Shown: in pieces, positions 23,948 to 36,850 of the stretch
Layout of the letters: the number at the start of each line of letters is the position of its first letter
How positions within the stretch are numbered: position 1 is the stretch's first letter
Assembly: GCA_045837725.1 (NCBI GenBank)
Contig: JBEWZL010000286.1
Span: forward strand, 1-63,332
Direction: 5' to 3'
DNA from: Vermamoeba vermiformis
Taxonomy: Eukaryota
DNA length: 63,332 bases
Translations under genes and position numbers: made by a program
The notes under the pieces: model-generated
Told to the model about the DNA's origin: nothing
Seen by the model: the letters and a program-made list of their open reading frames with translations, nothing else
Database searches by the model: none

Positions 23948-26900
23948 TTATTTCACGTTGACGGGTCGTCGAGCGCGTGTTCGGTTAGCAACAGGTGTGG
24001 CAGGCTTCTTCTCAGTCAACACAGCCTTCTCCAGTGATTTGAGCTGTTCGACCTTTGATTTTTTCACACCGAGCGGCGCCGCTTTGGCACTTGAAGTCAC
24101 GTTACTGCTGTTCACTGAAGCGTTTTCTTTGTCTTCTTCAGCAACGACTTTAGCCGAGGCTTTCTTTGTCGCGGCAGCAGTTCGAGCCTTCTTGGCGGGT
24201 CTGGCCTCCTCTTCTTCAGGTTCGATGGTTGACACTTTGACAGGTTCAATCGAAGTGTCGCTCTTTGAGAGTGGTCGCTTGACACCACGGCGAGCAGGCT
24301 TGATGTCCTCAGCCTCCTTGGCCTTCTCTTCAACAGGCTCGGGTTCAGCCTTCTTGGTGGTAGCACGACCGCGGCCACGAGCAGCCTTAGCGGGCTTAAC
24401 CTCTTCTTCGCTCTCTTCAGCGGCGGGTTCTTCCTCCATCTTCTCTTCGACTGGAGCAGGAGTCTCTTTCTTCTTGCGACCAGCAGTGCGCTTGGCAGGA
24501 GCTTCTTCAACGGGCTTCTCTTCCTCCTTCTCTTCGGAAGATTTCTTGGCACGCTTCTTGGAAGGCTTCTCGTCTTCTTCTTCGGTCTCAATCTTTCGTT
24601 TGCGCGAAGCAGCAGTCTTGGGAGCTTCTTCGACTGGCTTCTCTTCCTCCTTTTCTTCTTCGACCTCGACCTTTTCTTCGGCCTTCTTGGTCGCACGGCC
24701 ACGAGCAGCCTTCTTAGGAGCAGGCTTCTCCTCTTCTTTTTCTTCTTCAGCCTCTACCTTTTCTTCCTCGACCTTCTTAGTGGCACGACCACGAGCCTTC
24801 TTGGCAACAGGCTTTTCTTCGTCCTCTTTGGTCTCGTCGTCCTCTACAGCAGCGCGAGTACGTTTGCGGCCCTTGGCGGCGGTTTCCTTGACCTCAGGTA
24901 CAGGCTCAGGCTCTTCCTCCTTCTCTTCCTTAGGCTCTTCTTTAGGCTCCTCCTCGACCTTCTTAGCGGCCTTCTTGGGAGCAGCCTTACGTCCACGAGC
25001 GGTCTTAGCCTTAGGCTTCTCTTCTTCAACAGGGGTCTCCTCTTGAACGGGCTCAGGCTCTTCTTCCCTCTCCTCTTTAGGCTCTTCTTTAGCCTCTTCT
25101 TCGACCTTCTTAGCGGCCTTCTTAGGAGCAGCTTTGCGGCCACGAGCGGCCTTAGTCTTGGGCTTCTCCTCTTCTACAGGAGTCTCTTCCTTGGGCTCTT
25201 CAGGGATTGCAACCTCCTCGGCTTTGACCTCTTCGTCAGGTTTGCTCTCTTCAATTGGAGCCTCGGGTTGAGCCTCTTCCGCGACCTCTTCTGTCTTCTC
25301 TTCGACCTTCTTAGTTCGCTTGGCGGTCTTTCGCTTCTTCGATACAACAATCTTCTTGGTCTTAGACTTAGTCTCTTCAACGGGCTCGTCAACAGGAGTC
25401 TCATCCTTGGCCTCTTCGACGGGTGCAGACTCCTCCTTGGTCTCTTCGACGGCAGGAGCAACCTCTTCGATTTGGACAGGCTCTTCCTTAGCCTCCTCAA
25501 CGGCAGGAGTAACTTCTTCGACGGTAGCCGCAACCTCAACAACTTCGGTCTTGTCTTCGGAAGGCTTGACTTCCTCAACTGGTGTCTCCTCCATGCCTTC
25601 GTCAACGGGCAAAGGTTCCTCTTTAGTCTCTTCGACGGGTGCAGATTCCTCCTTGGTCTCTTCGACGGAAGGAGCAACCTCTTCGACAACAACAGGAGTC
25701 TCTTCCTTGGCCTCTTCAGTAATAGGCTCGTCCGCGGGAGTCTCGTCGATAGCAACGGAAGTTTGCTCTGCAGACTCTTCAGGAACAACTTCGACTGGCT
25801 CAGTCTTCTCTTCGGCAATAAGGAGCTCGATCTCTTCCTTAGCCTCAGAAAGTTGTTCAACTGGAGTCTCCTTGAGTTCCTCTTCGACGACAACAGTGTC
25901 TTCTTTGACCTCTTCAGAAGCTTGCTCAACCTCGCTGGGCTTCTCTTCGGAAATCTCTGCGATGATGGGCTCAGCAACAGATTCAACAGCCATCTCGTCC
26001 TTCTGTTCGGACTCTGATTCAGCAATTGGCTCTTCAACTGCAGAGGTCTGCTCGGCAACAACCTCGGGCAAAGGTTCTTCCTTTGTCTCTTCGACAACTG
26101 GAGTTTCTTCCTCGATCTCAGCAATAGATTCAGCGATCTTTTCCTCCACTGCTTCAGTAGTCTCAGGGACTTCGGAGACTGCTTCAGTAGGCTGTTCGAT
26201 CTCTTCGACGATAGGCTCAACGACCTCGGATTCAATCTCTTCGGCCTTCTCTACAGGAGTGACCTCTTCATTAGCCTTTTCTTCTTCGGCCGCTTCGACG
26301 ATCTCATCGTGAGACTCAATGACAGCCTCCTCTGAGACGGGTTGCACTTCAGTAGTAACGGGCACTTCGATAGCGAGTTCCTCTTCTTGGATAGAAATCT
26401 CTTCCTCCTTGTCGTCTTCGACAACGGCAAAGCTGTTGTCCACTATTGATTGATCAACAGACATGTCAGCAGGAGACTCTTCAGCCACTTGCTCTACAGC
26501 GGCAACCTCCTCGATCTTGTCGGCAGCCTTCTCCGTGGTAGCGCTGACATCGACGAGCTCAGGAAGATCATCAACTGAGACGGATTCGTTAACGGCAGTT
26601 GACTCTTCAGTGGCAATCTCTTGCACGACCTCAGTAGTGGATTGTTCATAGGTTTCCATAGCAACGGTTTCGACCTCGGCCTCAACAACTTGTTCCTTGG
26701 CAGGTTCTTCGACGATGGCCTCTTCAATCTCAGGCATCTTCTCGTCCTCCTTTGCCTCCTCGGTGGTTTCAACGATTTCGGCAACGGATTCAGAGATCTC
26801 GGCGCTAGTCTCAGTGGCTTGCACTGTTTCTTCTACGATGGGCTCGGAGATCTCTGCATCGTTTTGAACTTCCTCGACAACAGACTCTTCCTTGATAGAC

Positions 26901-29900
26901 TCGATAATAGTCTCTTGAGTCTCAACCTCAGTTTGTTGAACAGCAATCTCTTCGACAACTTCAGCAGCCTCTTCAGCCACCTCAGTGATCACAAGCTCCT
27001 TTTCAGCCTCGACTACTGGCTCGCTGTACTGTTCGGCGATGGTCTCTTGGATGGGCTCGGAAATTTCAGTAGCAGCGATAGGCTCTTCGGCAATAGAGGC
27101 TTCAGAAGTCTCCATGATGATGGATTCAACGGGCTCAACTTCTTTAGCCTCTTCAACGGTAGTCTGCTTCTCAACTACGGGCTCGCTTGGTTGCTCGACA
27201 GCCTCTTCCATCTTCTCTTCAACGTCAGCGGCAGGCTCGCTAACTTGCTCTGTAGTCTCTTCAGTGACCTTGGTTTCGGAAACAAGTTCGGAAGATTCGA
27301 CAATGATCTCTTCGACAATAGACTCGATGACTTCCTCCTTCTGCTCGGAGATTGGCTCGCTTTCAGTAACTGGAGCGGCTTCTTCCTTCTCTTGCTTAAT
27401 GTCTTCAGCAGCGGGTGTTTCTTCGATAGTTTCGATTTGCTCAGTGGCCGCCTCGACAACAGTCTCAGCAGTTTCAGTAGTCTCTTCAACCTTCTCGTCA
27501 ACAGCAGGAGTGGCCTCAATAGGAGCGATGGTCTCTTCAGGCTGAGCTTCGATCTTCTCCTCGGCAATAGGAGCGACTTCAATAGTGTGCTCTTGTTCGC
27601 TGGGGACTTCAGTAGCTTGCTCTTCGACAGACTCGTTGGTAGCTGCGTCAACAGCAACGTCTTCAATGTCCATAGCCTCTTCCTTGAGCTCTGGAACGGT
27701 CTCTTCGGGTTGAGCCTCGACCTTCTCCTCGGCAACAGGAGCGACTTCAATAGTTTGCTCTTGTTCGGCAGGAATGTCGTTTTGAACGGTGGACTCGATG
27801 ACTTGCTCCTTGATTTCAACTTGCTCGGCAATAACCTCGACTGCAGGCTCGGAAGATTCAATTGCCACGTCAGTGCTCTCCTTGGTTTCGATCTTAACCT
27901 CTTCAATAGCAGGGGCTTCGACCTCCTTCATTTGAACGTCTTCGGGGTCAGGCATCTCAGAGATCTGGCTCTTTTGAATAGGAGCGAGCAAATCGTCCTC
28001 GACGTCTTCAATCTTGTTGAAGTCGAACAAGAAGCCACCCTTTTGGCTAGGCGAGGCAACTGAAGTGATAGAGAGTTTCTTCTTTTGGGCAGAGTCCAAC
28101 AAGAACAAATCTGAAGAGTTGCCAGGAGGGCTAGGAGTCTGTTCCATGCCAATCCAGAACGAATCGTCCTGTTGACGAGACTTTTCAGGAGTCTTCTTGT
28201 CTTCGACAACGTCGTTGTTGCTGAAATCGAAGACGAGAACTTCGCCCTTGCGGACAGGCTCCTCAATCTTCTTAGGCTCAGGCTCAATCTTGTTGAAGTC
28301 GAAAACGAGCACTTCACCTTTGCGAACAGGCTCTTCTACCACTGGCTTAGGCTCGGGCTTGCTGAAGTCGAAGACGAGAACCTCTTCTTCCTTAGGAGCC
28401 TCAACCTCCTTGTTGAAATCGAAGACGAGAACCTCACCCTTGCGCACTGGTTCTTCGACCACTGGCTTAGGTTCGGGCTTGCTGAAATCGAAGACGAGAA
28501 CCTCTTCTTCTTTAGGAGCCTCGACTTCCTTGATAGGCGAAACTGATGTCTCCATTTTGTCTTCGACCTTGATATCAGGGATTGACTCTGACTTGGCAGG
28601 AGAAGCGTGGATCTCTTCTTTTTTGTTGAAGTCCACGAAGAAAGCCTCGCTCTTGACGGTAGCAGGCTTAGGGGTCTCCTTGGGAGCCTTAATCTCGACA
28701 ACGGCGGGCTTCGCCTCGACAATTTCTACGTTGAAGTTGTCGGGAGTGTTTTCTTTGTTTACGGCAACGACTGGCTTCACAATCTTCTTGATTTGTGAGA
28801 CGGCGGATGTTGCGGGCTTCTTGGCTACGCTAGCCGCTGTCTTGGCAGTGGCCGAAGTGGCAGCGACTGTTTCGAGCTAAACATACATGATAAGTGCGTG
28901 TTCCTTACTAATCGATGTTATTTGAGTACATACCTGCTTCTGGGCAGAAGGATCCAACTTGCTTTTCAAGATCTCGGCACGTTGAGGCCAAAGCTTCTTG
29001 AAAACAGCGAAAGCCTTGCGAGCCCATGTTCTCACGTCGGGGTTGCCATCGACAACACTTAATGGACTCAGGTTAGACAAAGAGTCTTCGAGATTGGATC
29101 GATCAAACTTACCGAGCTGAGATGGTAGTCTCAAGTTGATGAACGTCGGAGTTAGAAGCCTCCAAATCGGCAGGAGACAACTTAACGAGGGTCATCAAGC
29201 CCATGTACAAGTATTCTGTGCACCTGAGAAAAAAGTTAGCACGTGCAACTAGCCGTTGAGGGTTCAAAAAATTGGGCGCGAAAATTAAAATACGAAATTT
29301 AGATTATTTAACTGCAACTTACTTTGTTCTAAGCAAGTGATGCTTGTCATTGGATCCTTCCACGATAATTGAAGCAACGAGGTTGAAGTTGCAGTATTTC
29401 AGGATCGATAAAATGCACTGATGAGCTGATTCGGTGAATACTTTCTTTGTCTTGATCAAGTTCTTAAATAATACAGGAAGCGCGGTTTGAGGGAAGCTTC
29501 TTGATTTGCCCGCGGCAGTTTTGGAAACCAACTCGCTGACCGTAATACAAGCTTCCTTGGCGATGGTCGATCTTAAGTCATTCAACTTAAAAATATGGTT
29601 AGTAACGTGCGCTCGATACTATTAATTTATTTGCACGATATTTTAAATAGAGCATCAGTAGATACGTACTTGATGAAGTAAAAGCTTTTGGATTTGCTTT
29701 TCAAACATTGGATAAAAATTGGCGTTATCGCCTGCTCCCTTCTTTATTAATTCCTGAATTTTTTTCAGTCCATCGTGGCGCTTTTCCCAGTCCTCGTCGC
29801 TAGCTTCGAGGCCATGGCAGATTTGTTGAAATTCCTTAGACAAGTTTAACTACGCAGGAAGGGTTAGATATGAATAATAATATTTAATATGATAACGTAC

Positions 29901-29909
29901 TTCGGCCAT
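23948..29909 (-). CDS. CLASP-type TOG domain protein with a ~1600-aa disordered acidic/basic tail
   Basis: N-terminal exons EDWEKRHDGLKKI, NDLRSTIAKEACIT and DGNPDVRTWARKAF are CLASP_N/TOG HEAT repeats. They splice into the 1610-aa Glu-rich ORF. Confidence 0.85.
24900..25190 (-). repeat. Coding tandem repeat, EETPVEEEKPK..ARGRKAAPKKAAKKVEEE
   Basis: Two near-identical ~138-nt units, with further degenerate ARGR units nearby. Confidence 0.85.
28216..28532 (-). repeat. Coding tandem repeat, 120-nt period, EVLVFDF units
   Basis: 28311-28411 is nearly identical to 28431-28531. The protein contains five EVLVFDF motifs. Confidence 0.9.
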
Positions 29910-29927
29910 GGTTGTGTGTGCCACTCA

Positions 29928-30040
29928 TTTGAAGCGAAAAGTTCAAATGAAGAACATGGCGCAAAAAAGTTAACCAGGCGCGAACAAACTATTTACAACG
30001 GTAACTTTTGGCGGGCAGGAACCAAACTTGCGCCAAAAAC
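29928..30040. promoter_or_regulatory. Cell-cycle-type promoter motifs (CHR, Myb, E2F-like) upstream of the TOG gene
   Basis: TTTGAA at 29928 and TTCAAA at 29942; CAACGG near 29996; TTTTGGCGG near 30006; GCGCCAAA (reverse TTTGGCGC) at 30030-30037. Confidence 0.4.
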
Positions 30041-30094
30041 ACTGTACATCGCATTATTTACTTATCTATACAAGAGAGACCACGCACCACACGC

Positions 30095-31047
30095 TTAAGA
30101 GCTGTGGCAGGCACAACCAGTATGAGTATCACTCGTGATGAGCTTCCGCCATACATCTTCAACCAGATTAACCGGTGCGGTCGTGAACAAAGTTGCAGGA
30201 TAGCTAGATGTCTTCCATTTTGGATGTGATATCATTGTACAAAATCCCATCTATTCGACGGTCATTAGATGCTGGTTCAACGCTTTACAACACGCAATCA
30301 TCTCTTACCGGAATCAGCGAATATCCAAGCACTGTCTGACTTCCTTCTACTTCTGGGTACGTCTGTGGACCACGTCTACTATTAAGCTAGAGGGTTCAGT
30401 TAGTATCCGCCTTGTTTCAGCACGATCAAAGGGCGGCGAACATCTGCTTACCGGGAACCCTGAGCACGGGTCTATCAAATCAGCCCAATGTCCGTCTGCT
30501 TTGAGGTGTTTTACAACGAATCCACCTATTCTTAAGAACTGGGGAAGTATTAGTGTCAAGATCTGAGGATAAACGACCCCATCTTAGTCGCGCGAGGACA
30601 CCACACTTACGCTATCAAGCAAACGATTTTTTTCATCTTCAATTTCCTTCCCCATGCCAGCTAAGTCCATACTGGACGGTTGCCACGTTGGGATTATTAA
30701 TAAATTGTCCATGTCGGTCTCAATCAGGTCTGGAAACACTTGACGAAGGTCTTTATCGAGAGACTTGGGGCATCTATGGATGCTGTACTCAATGTGATAT
30801 TTTTCAATGTATTGTGCAGCTTGGACGACGCACTGGGCACGAGTTTTACGAGGTGCGATCAGATCTATTTATTTTTTTTTCTGCGTTAGTAGTCCTACTA
30901 TTTTTATAATTACAAACAATTAACTTACTTCTATTAGAAGCGCTGTCCACTGAGTTTTCTTCTCTGATCGCAGCAGGCGGAATCTGTTCGGTTTTCTTTT
31001 AGGAATGTTAGTAATTGACTGTAGTGGATTATTAAACATACTTGCAT
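30095..31047 (-). CDS. MMADHC: Cobalamin trafficking protein CblD
   Basis: IEYSIHRCP, GHWADLIDPCSGFP and MGFCTMISHPKWKTSSYPATLFTTAP. The first in-frame ATG is at 31047. Confidence 0.9.
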
Positions 31048-31281
31048 AGCTAATGAATATAAACTAATAAATTCGGTATAGATGTAGGAGCGATCGTGCC
31101 AGTCGTCAGGCCCAGGTGTCCAATGAGGTTTGCGATCTACGATCCCTTTTCTACTCAAACGGCGTTATAAAGTTAGCCGCTTTGGTATTTCGGACGTCTG
31201 GGAAATAAAAATAAGATCTTGACAGGTGATCTTTTTTTGTGATACGTCTGTAGAAGAACACACGACTCTCAAACCTTCAAA

Positions 31282-34249
31282 ATGAGCAATAAGCCAATTG
31301 AAAATCCTGTGCCCGTCTTCTCGTCGATCAACCACGTCGTTAGTGACCCCAAGAGGTAAAATTGCAAAATAATTAAAAATAGAAAATCTTTTTTGGCTCG
31401 TACTTTGTATTTAATGGCTAATTTAACCTGCGTTATTATTACAAAATATTATTATATTCGTAATAAAATGGTTGAATGACGAATGCTAATTTTGTTTCAG
31501 ATTTGATGAATTAAGAGACAAATTCGTGCGCACCTTTGGCGTAGAACCTGATTTCTACGTTAGAGCTCCCGGAAGAGTAAATTTGATTGGCGAGCACGTT
31601 GACTACAGTGGCTACGGTGTATTGCCCATGGTAATTACAACGCGTCACGTCCGTCGCAAAGCTTATTAACAGCTAAATTAATTAGGCCGTCGAGCGTGAC
31701 AATGTTATTGCTGTTAAATTGCAACCTGGTGCCAAAGAAATTCATTTTGCTAATTTTGAAGCCAAGTTCGGTCCCAAACACTGGTCAAAGGAATTGAAAG
31801 ACATCAATATTGACATCAAAAACCACGACTGGACTAACTACGTATTGTGCGGTTATAAGGTACGTGCACTGCTCGATATTAAACTACAGGTGATAAATAA
31901 TGTACTGACTCGCGTACCAGGGTTTGTTGGAGAACAAGCACGCACCTGTCGAGTCTCCGATTGCCTTCTCAGCATTAATGCACGGTACCGTGCCTAAGGT
32001 ATGTTTGGCAACTAGTACACAATTGCGAGTTTCTACTAATGCTAGTAGGGATCTGGTTTGTCGAGCTCGTCAGCAGTTGTGTGCGCCTCTGCTTTGGCTA
32101 CTATGTACGCCAACGGAGTTGCCTTGTCAAAGGTATGCAGTAGAGTGTAAGAGCGAGAAGCTAATTCATCGCACAGAATGATATGGCGGAATTAGCGGCA
32201 GCTTGCGAGACTTATGTTGGAGTTCAGAGTGGAGGGTAAGAAGCGTGGTATATTTAAATAAGGTATATCGATTAAATAACTCGTCGATGCTAGAATGGAC
32301 CAAGCTATTTCCTTCTTGGGCGAGAGGGGTCAAGCCTCGCGTATTGATTTCAACCCCATCCGAGCTGCACCCGTAAAATTGCCTGATGAGTAAGCTGCTA
32401 AAAATACAATATTAGTACGCAGATGCTGATGGATGGTATCATAGCGCCGTATTCTTTGTCGCCAACAGCTTAGTTGAGTCTAACAAGTACCAAACGGCTG
32501 ACACAAATTACAACATGAGGTATTTATCCGAGACAGCTATTTTAAGGTAAAGAACCTTAAATAATAATATGCTAGAGTTGTCGAATGCCGACTTGGAGCA
32601 GTTATGCTCGCAAAGAAACTCGGTTTGGACTGGCAAACTGTTCGCCGTTTGGTGGATGTTCAAAAACAAAGCAACAAGAGCTTGCCCGAACTTGCGCAAG
32701 CGGTACAACAACACTTGCACAAGGAGCCGTACACACGAGAAGAGGTCGCCCAAGAGCTTGGTATCAGCGTAAGTCTAAAATATAGTGCTAAAAATATAGT
32801 TACTCGAGAAGAGGTATCTCGGCGGAGATTTATTTGGTATACCATTCAATCTCCACACCCAGATCCAGGATCGCACTTTAGGGAAGATTCGCGAAATAGT
32901 TCCTACTATTCTTTTGACTATAAATACATTTATTTACATATTTTACAAGTTGAAAGCCAAATATTTAGTAGAGCCTTCGGCGTTGGTTACGTTCAAAATT
33001 ATTGGAATTAGACTCCCCAATGTTCTAAATATGAATTAGATATGACTTAATGCTGCATATGAGGCCTATTTTCCTCAAAGGAAACCTAATTACGTACCGG
33101 AGGTGATAAATCTGCTACTGTTTTCTTATGGACAGGTAGTTCGTCTGTTTCGTAACTTCTCCTCTTTAAATATTTTCTCTTTTCTTCGTACGAATTATCC
33201 TCTCGTTGGGGAGTTGTTAAAAAGAACTCCATGCCATCATATGATTTTTGCGCATCCATTTCTACATCCATCTCCACGATTTAATAAGTGCATTCGTGTT
33301 TTATTAGGCTCGGGAGATAGGTAAAATGGAGACAAATGGTCTTTTTTGAATTGGGGGGAGATTATTAACCTCAAAGCACAGTGTGATTTAGCGGAGATTT
33401 ATTTTTGGACAGAAATTTCCCGCTCTTCTTCTTAAGTTTGTTTTGGCTTGAATTCATTGTACGCAAAAAAATGCTCTGGGACGTATTCATCATTAATCGA
33501 TGTACGCCGCGATTGTTGGCGAACTGCGAATTTTAGATCCGATCTGGGATACTAACGAGGTGTTGTAGGTTGATGAAGTTAGCAAGAGATACGTCGATCC
33601 AGTTAAAAGCAACGAGTTCCACTTGTATCAGCGCTCATTACACGTCTATATGGAGTCCAGCCTCGTGGATGAGTTCGCCGCTGTTTGTGCTAAACCATCG
33701 TACCCGAACCAAATCAACGATTTGGGTGAGCTTATGAACAAGAGCCACTACAGCTGCCGAGACAATTTCAGTTGCAGCTGTCCTGAGCTAGATACATTGA
33801 CCGAGATCTGCCGGTAAGTCATAACAATCGTTATTGTTTGATTCAAATGGGCCTGGTTTGGTACTGCGGCAGTCAAAATGCGGACTTTAAGTAATTCAAT
33901 CTTGCTATTGGCTAATTAATTCATAACCGATAGTTGTTGTCTCGGCGTTACTTAACTAACCCCAAATTTGGCAAATGAACTTCAAAAAAGGCTAACATTA
34001 ATTAAAATTAACTTTTACTCATTTAACAGAAAGGCCGGAGCAATAGGATCACGCTTGACTGGAGCCGGCTGGGGAGGCTGCACCGTCTCGTTGGTGCCGA
34101 AGGACAAGCAAGAATCATTTTTCAAGACAGTACGCGAAGAGTACTACGCCAAGTATCGTCCTCAAGCTCTTGAAAATATCGAAGATGTATTGTTTGCCAC
34201 CCAACCTGGCCAAGGTGCATTTGTCTATGTTCCTGAGAAGGACGTTTAG
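31282..34249 (+). CDS. Galactokinase / GalNAc kinase (GHMP family, GALK2-like)
   Basis: [32 protein letters not shown] and [12 protein letters not shown] motifs. About 11 exons, including an 800-nt intron at 32769-33568. Confidence 0.93.
32965..33271 (-). CDS. Nested small protein (~77 aa) in the galactokinase intron
   Basis: Exons 33271-33098 and 33024-32965 are joined by a canonical GTACGT...CTAAT...TTTAG phase-0 intron. The product ends ...ERNQRRRLY. Confidence 0.65.
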
Positions 34250-34415
34250 ATGAGAGTCGCGCAAACGCAACGAGCTGTAAGCTCATGCAATAAATTGCGA
34301 ATATCATGTTTTCTTCTATTAAGTTAATAATCGATGCAATTCGGAGCTAGTGAAGCCGGCTGTTTGTGTTCTATTTTTTTCAACAGATCAACACAAACAC
34401 ATCACAATCATAACG

Positions 34416-35243
34416 ATGGACGTTACATCTTGGCTATCATTCGCACCTGCTGTACATATTTTTGCCTTCGCAACTGTGTTTGGTACTATGATCTGGGTGT
34501 CTTTCATTGGTGGTAAGTGACGTCGCAGAACGGATCGTGTCTAATTTTCAAATCAAAATATTAAAATAATATTTGTCAGGTATTATCATGTTCAAGAACC
34601 TCGAGCGCCATGTATTTGGCAACCTCCAAAGGTAAGATATTTTTCATTTTCAAAAAAATCGCTTATACAGTTATATGATTGATAATGCAAATAACGGAAT
34701 ATAATTGTCATGGTAATCATTTAAACGATATTAAAAAATTTTAAATCATCGTATTAATGATTTTCCCCATTGATCAGTCACTTGTTCCCTGCCTATTTCA
34801 AAGTAATCGCTTTGTGCTTGATCATCATGATGGGTACTTATGTGGCTGTTCATGACGATATCATTCCTCAACTTAAAGCTCAAGCCAAGGTATTCGACCT
34901 CAGCGCTCTTTACAACTCGATCCACCCTCGTCAGTTCCTCGTTATGGCCTTTGGTTTCCTATTCAACTTCTTCAACATGATTTATGTTGGTCCCAAATCC
35001 ACATCGGTGATGTTTGCTCGTCACAAGCTCGAGCGTAAGAAGAATTTGACTGCCCAAGAGACAGACGAGGTTCAAAAGCTCAGCAGAAAGTTTGGCTCGC
35101 TCCACGGCCTCTCGTCTACCCTCAATTTATTCGTAAGTTCACTACAACGCTGCGTTTAGCGGGATCTGACATTCTTGTTCGATCAGGTTATGGCTTGCTT
35201 GTTCCAACATTTGATTTTAATCTCACGCCATTTGTCGTTCTAA
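34416..35243 (+). CDS. TMEM205: TMEM205 / DUF4149 membrane protein
   Basis: GTMIWVSFIGGIIMFKNLERHVFGNLQSHLFPAYF and RKFGSLHGLSSTLNL. Confidence 0.85.
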
Positions 35244-35370
35244 AGAGCTGTCTAATGGCATAAAATAACAATAAATTGCGCGTTGCCCGAAATAGGCGCA
35301 ATTTTATGCATATTTTGTCGTGTGACATTTTGGTTGCAATTCAGAATCTGATTTATATTTCCTCGTCCTA

Positions 35371-36850
35371 ATGCAGTATCAGCATAATAGGCCTAATAAC
35401 CAGCGGGGAGGATTGCCTCAGTCGGCATCCTCCCATTATGTTTCGCTGGACGACGATCTGGATAACCAAAATTTAGATACTACGCCTCCCCGCTCGCCCC
35501 GATCGCCTAAATCACCTCGAAGTATGGAGACAGATAAAAAACCAACGTTTTGGAATAAAGTAGGAGGTGCTTTTGCGAAATCCGGGGTTGCTTTGAAGCA
35601 AGCTAGCGAAAAAATGAAAGAATTAACCATAGAAGGAGCTGGAAAAATTAAAGAAACAACAAATACTGCTGTAACTCACGTAAAAGTAAAAATAGACGAG
35701 ATAAAACGTAAGTATCAATTATTCAATAATTCAAATCCAACAAAATCGCTTTATATCGAAAGTTTGTAATAGAACATTGGTGCTAATTTGCCAAAAAAAT
35801 ATTCGTGATCGTAATTTCTTCAGCTTGTAGATTAGCTCGGTTTTCACGATCGAAATTTACTGAACAGTCTTTTAAATCAATCCATTTCACTTAATTAAGG
35901 ATAAGTATTTCTTGTAGAGCGTAATCAAGGTAGTCCCAATGCTGAAGGCGGTGACCAAACAGAACAAAATAATGGTGATCATCGTCGTGTTAAGAGCACT
36001 CCACCGCCCATTTCACGCCCTACACCTGTTGCTGTACCACCGAAGGCACCAGGTCTCGTGTTTGGTGTGCCCTTGGCAAATGTACTTAAGGACAAGAATG
36101 GACAACCGTGGCCTTCGAGCATTCCTCCCATCGTTGAAGATACTGTCAATTACTTAGAGGCCCGAGGTAATAGCGATGATCAGTATCAGCGAGCACTAAG
36201 CTAATACTAGTATATAGCTCTGAAAGAAGAGGGTTTGTTTCGCATCTCTGCCGCGCTGTCTGATCTGCAGGTTTTGAAAGCAAAATATAACACAGGTGAG
36301 TGCATATATGTTATTGCTGTGCTTTGATTAATTACCTCTTCTGTAATTAGATGTGAAAATCGATTTGTCCAATGTTTTGGATCCACACTTAGTTGCCAGC
36401 CTGTTGAAAATGTTTTGTCGGGAATTACCCGAAACTTTATTCACCAATCAGCTGCTGACGCCTCTAACGCAAGCTGCGGCATGTAAGTACTCGGCATTGT
36501 GCTCCGAAGTTGTCTTCACGTGCACACATTAATTATGATTGAAACAAATTCGGATGATCCGCAGTTGTGTGAACGATTCTTATTGAATTACAATAATAAT
36601 TGTATATTTAGCTTCCAACGACAAAGCTCAGGCAGTGACTGCCGTGTCAAAAGTAACCGTTTTCTTGCCCAAAGCGAACAGACTTATTTTGGGCAGGATT
36701 TTTACCTTATTGCGCAAAGTAGCCGACAATTCAGCAATCAACAAGATGACTGAAGGAAATTTGAACATCATATTTAGTCAAGTATTTCAAATACCACCAG
36801 ATCTTTTTGACGTTTTGATCTCGGATCCTCGCCGTGCCTTCCGATTGTAG
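35371..36850 (+). CDS. RhoGAP domain protein
   Basis: VFGVPL, IPPIVEDTVNYL, EEGLFRIS (arginine finger), ASLLKMFCRELPE and NKMTEGNL. Confidence 0.9.

Noticed and set aside
23958-28880. Several long overlapping ORFs (up to 480 aa) antisense or frameshifted over the giant ORF
   Set aside because: By-products of the Glu/Lys/Ala/Val codon bias of the real gene; the products are Ser- or Leu-rich with no domains.
31084-31170. Canonical cobalamin, SAH or ZTP riboswitch, or U4/U11 snRNA
   Set aside because: Only short motif echoes; the required stems and motif order are not satisfied. Kept only as an unassigned structured element.
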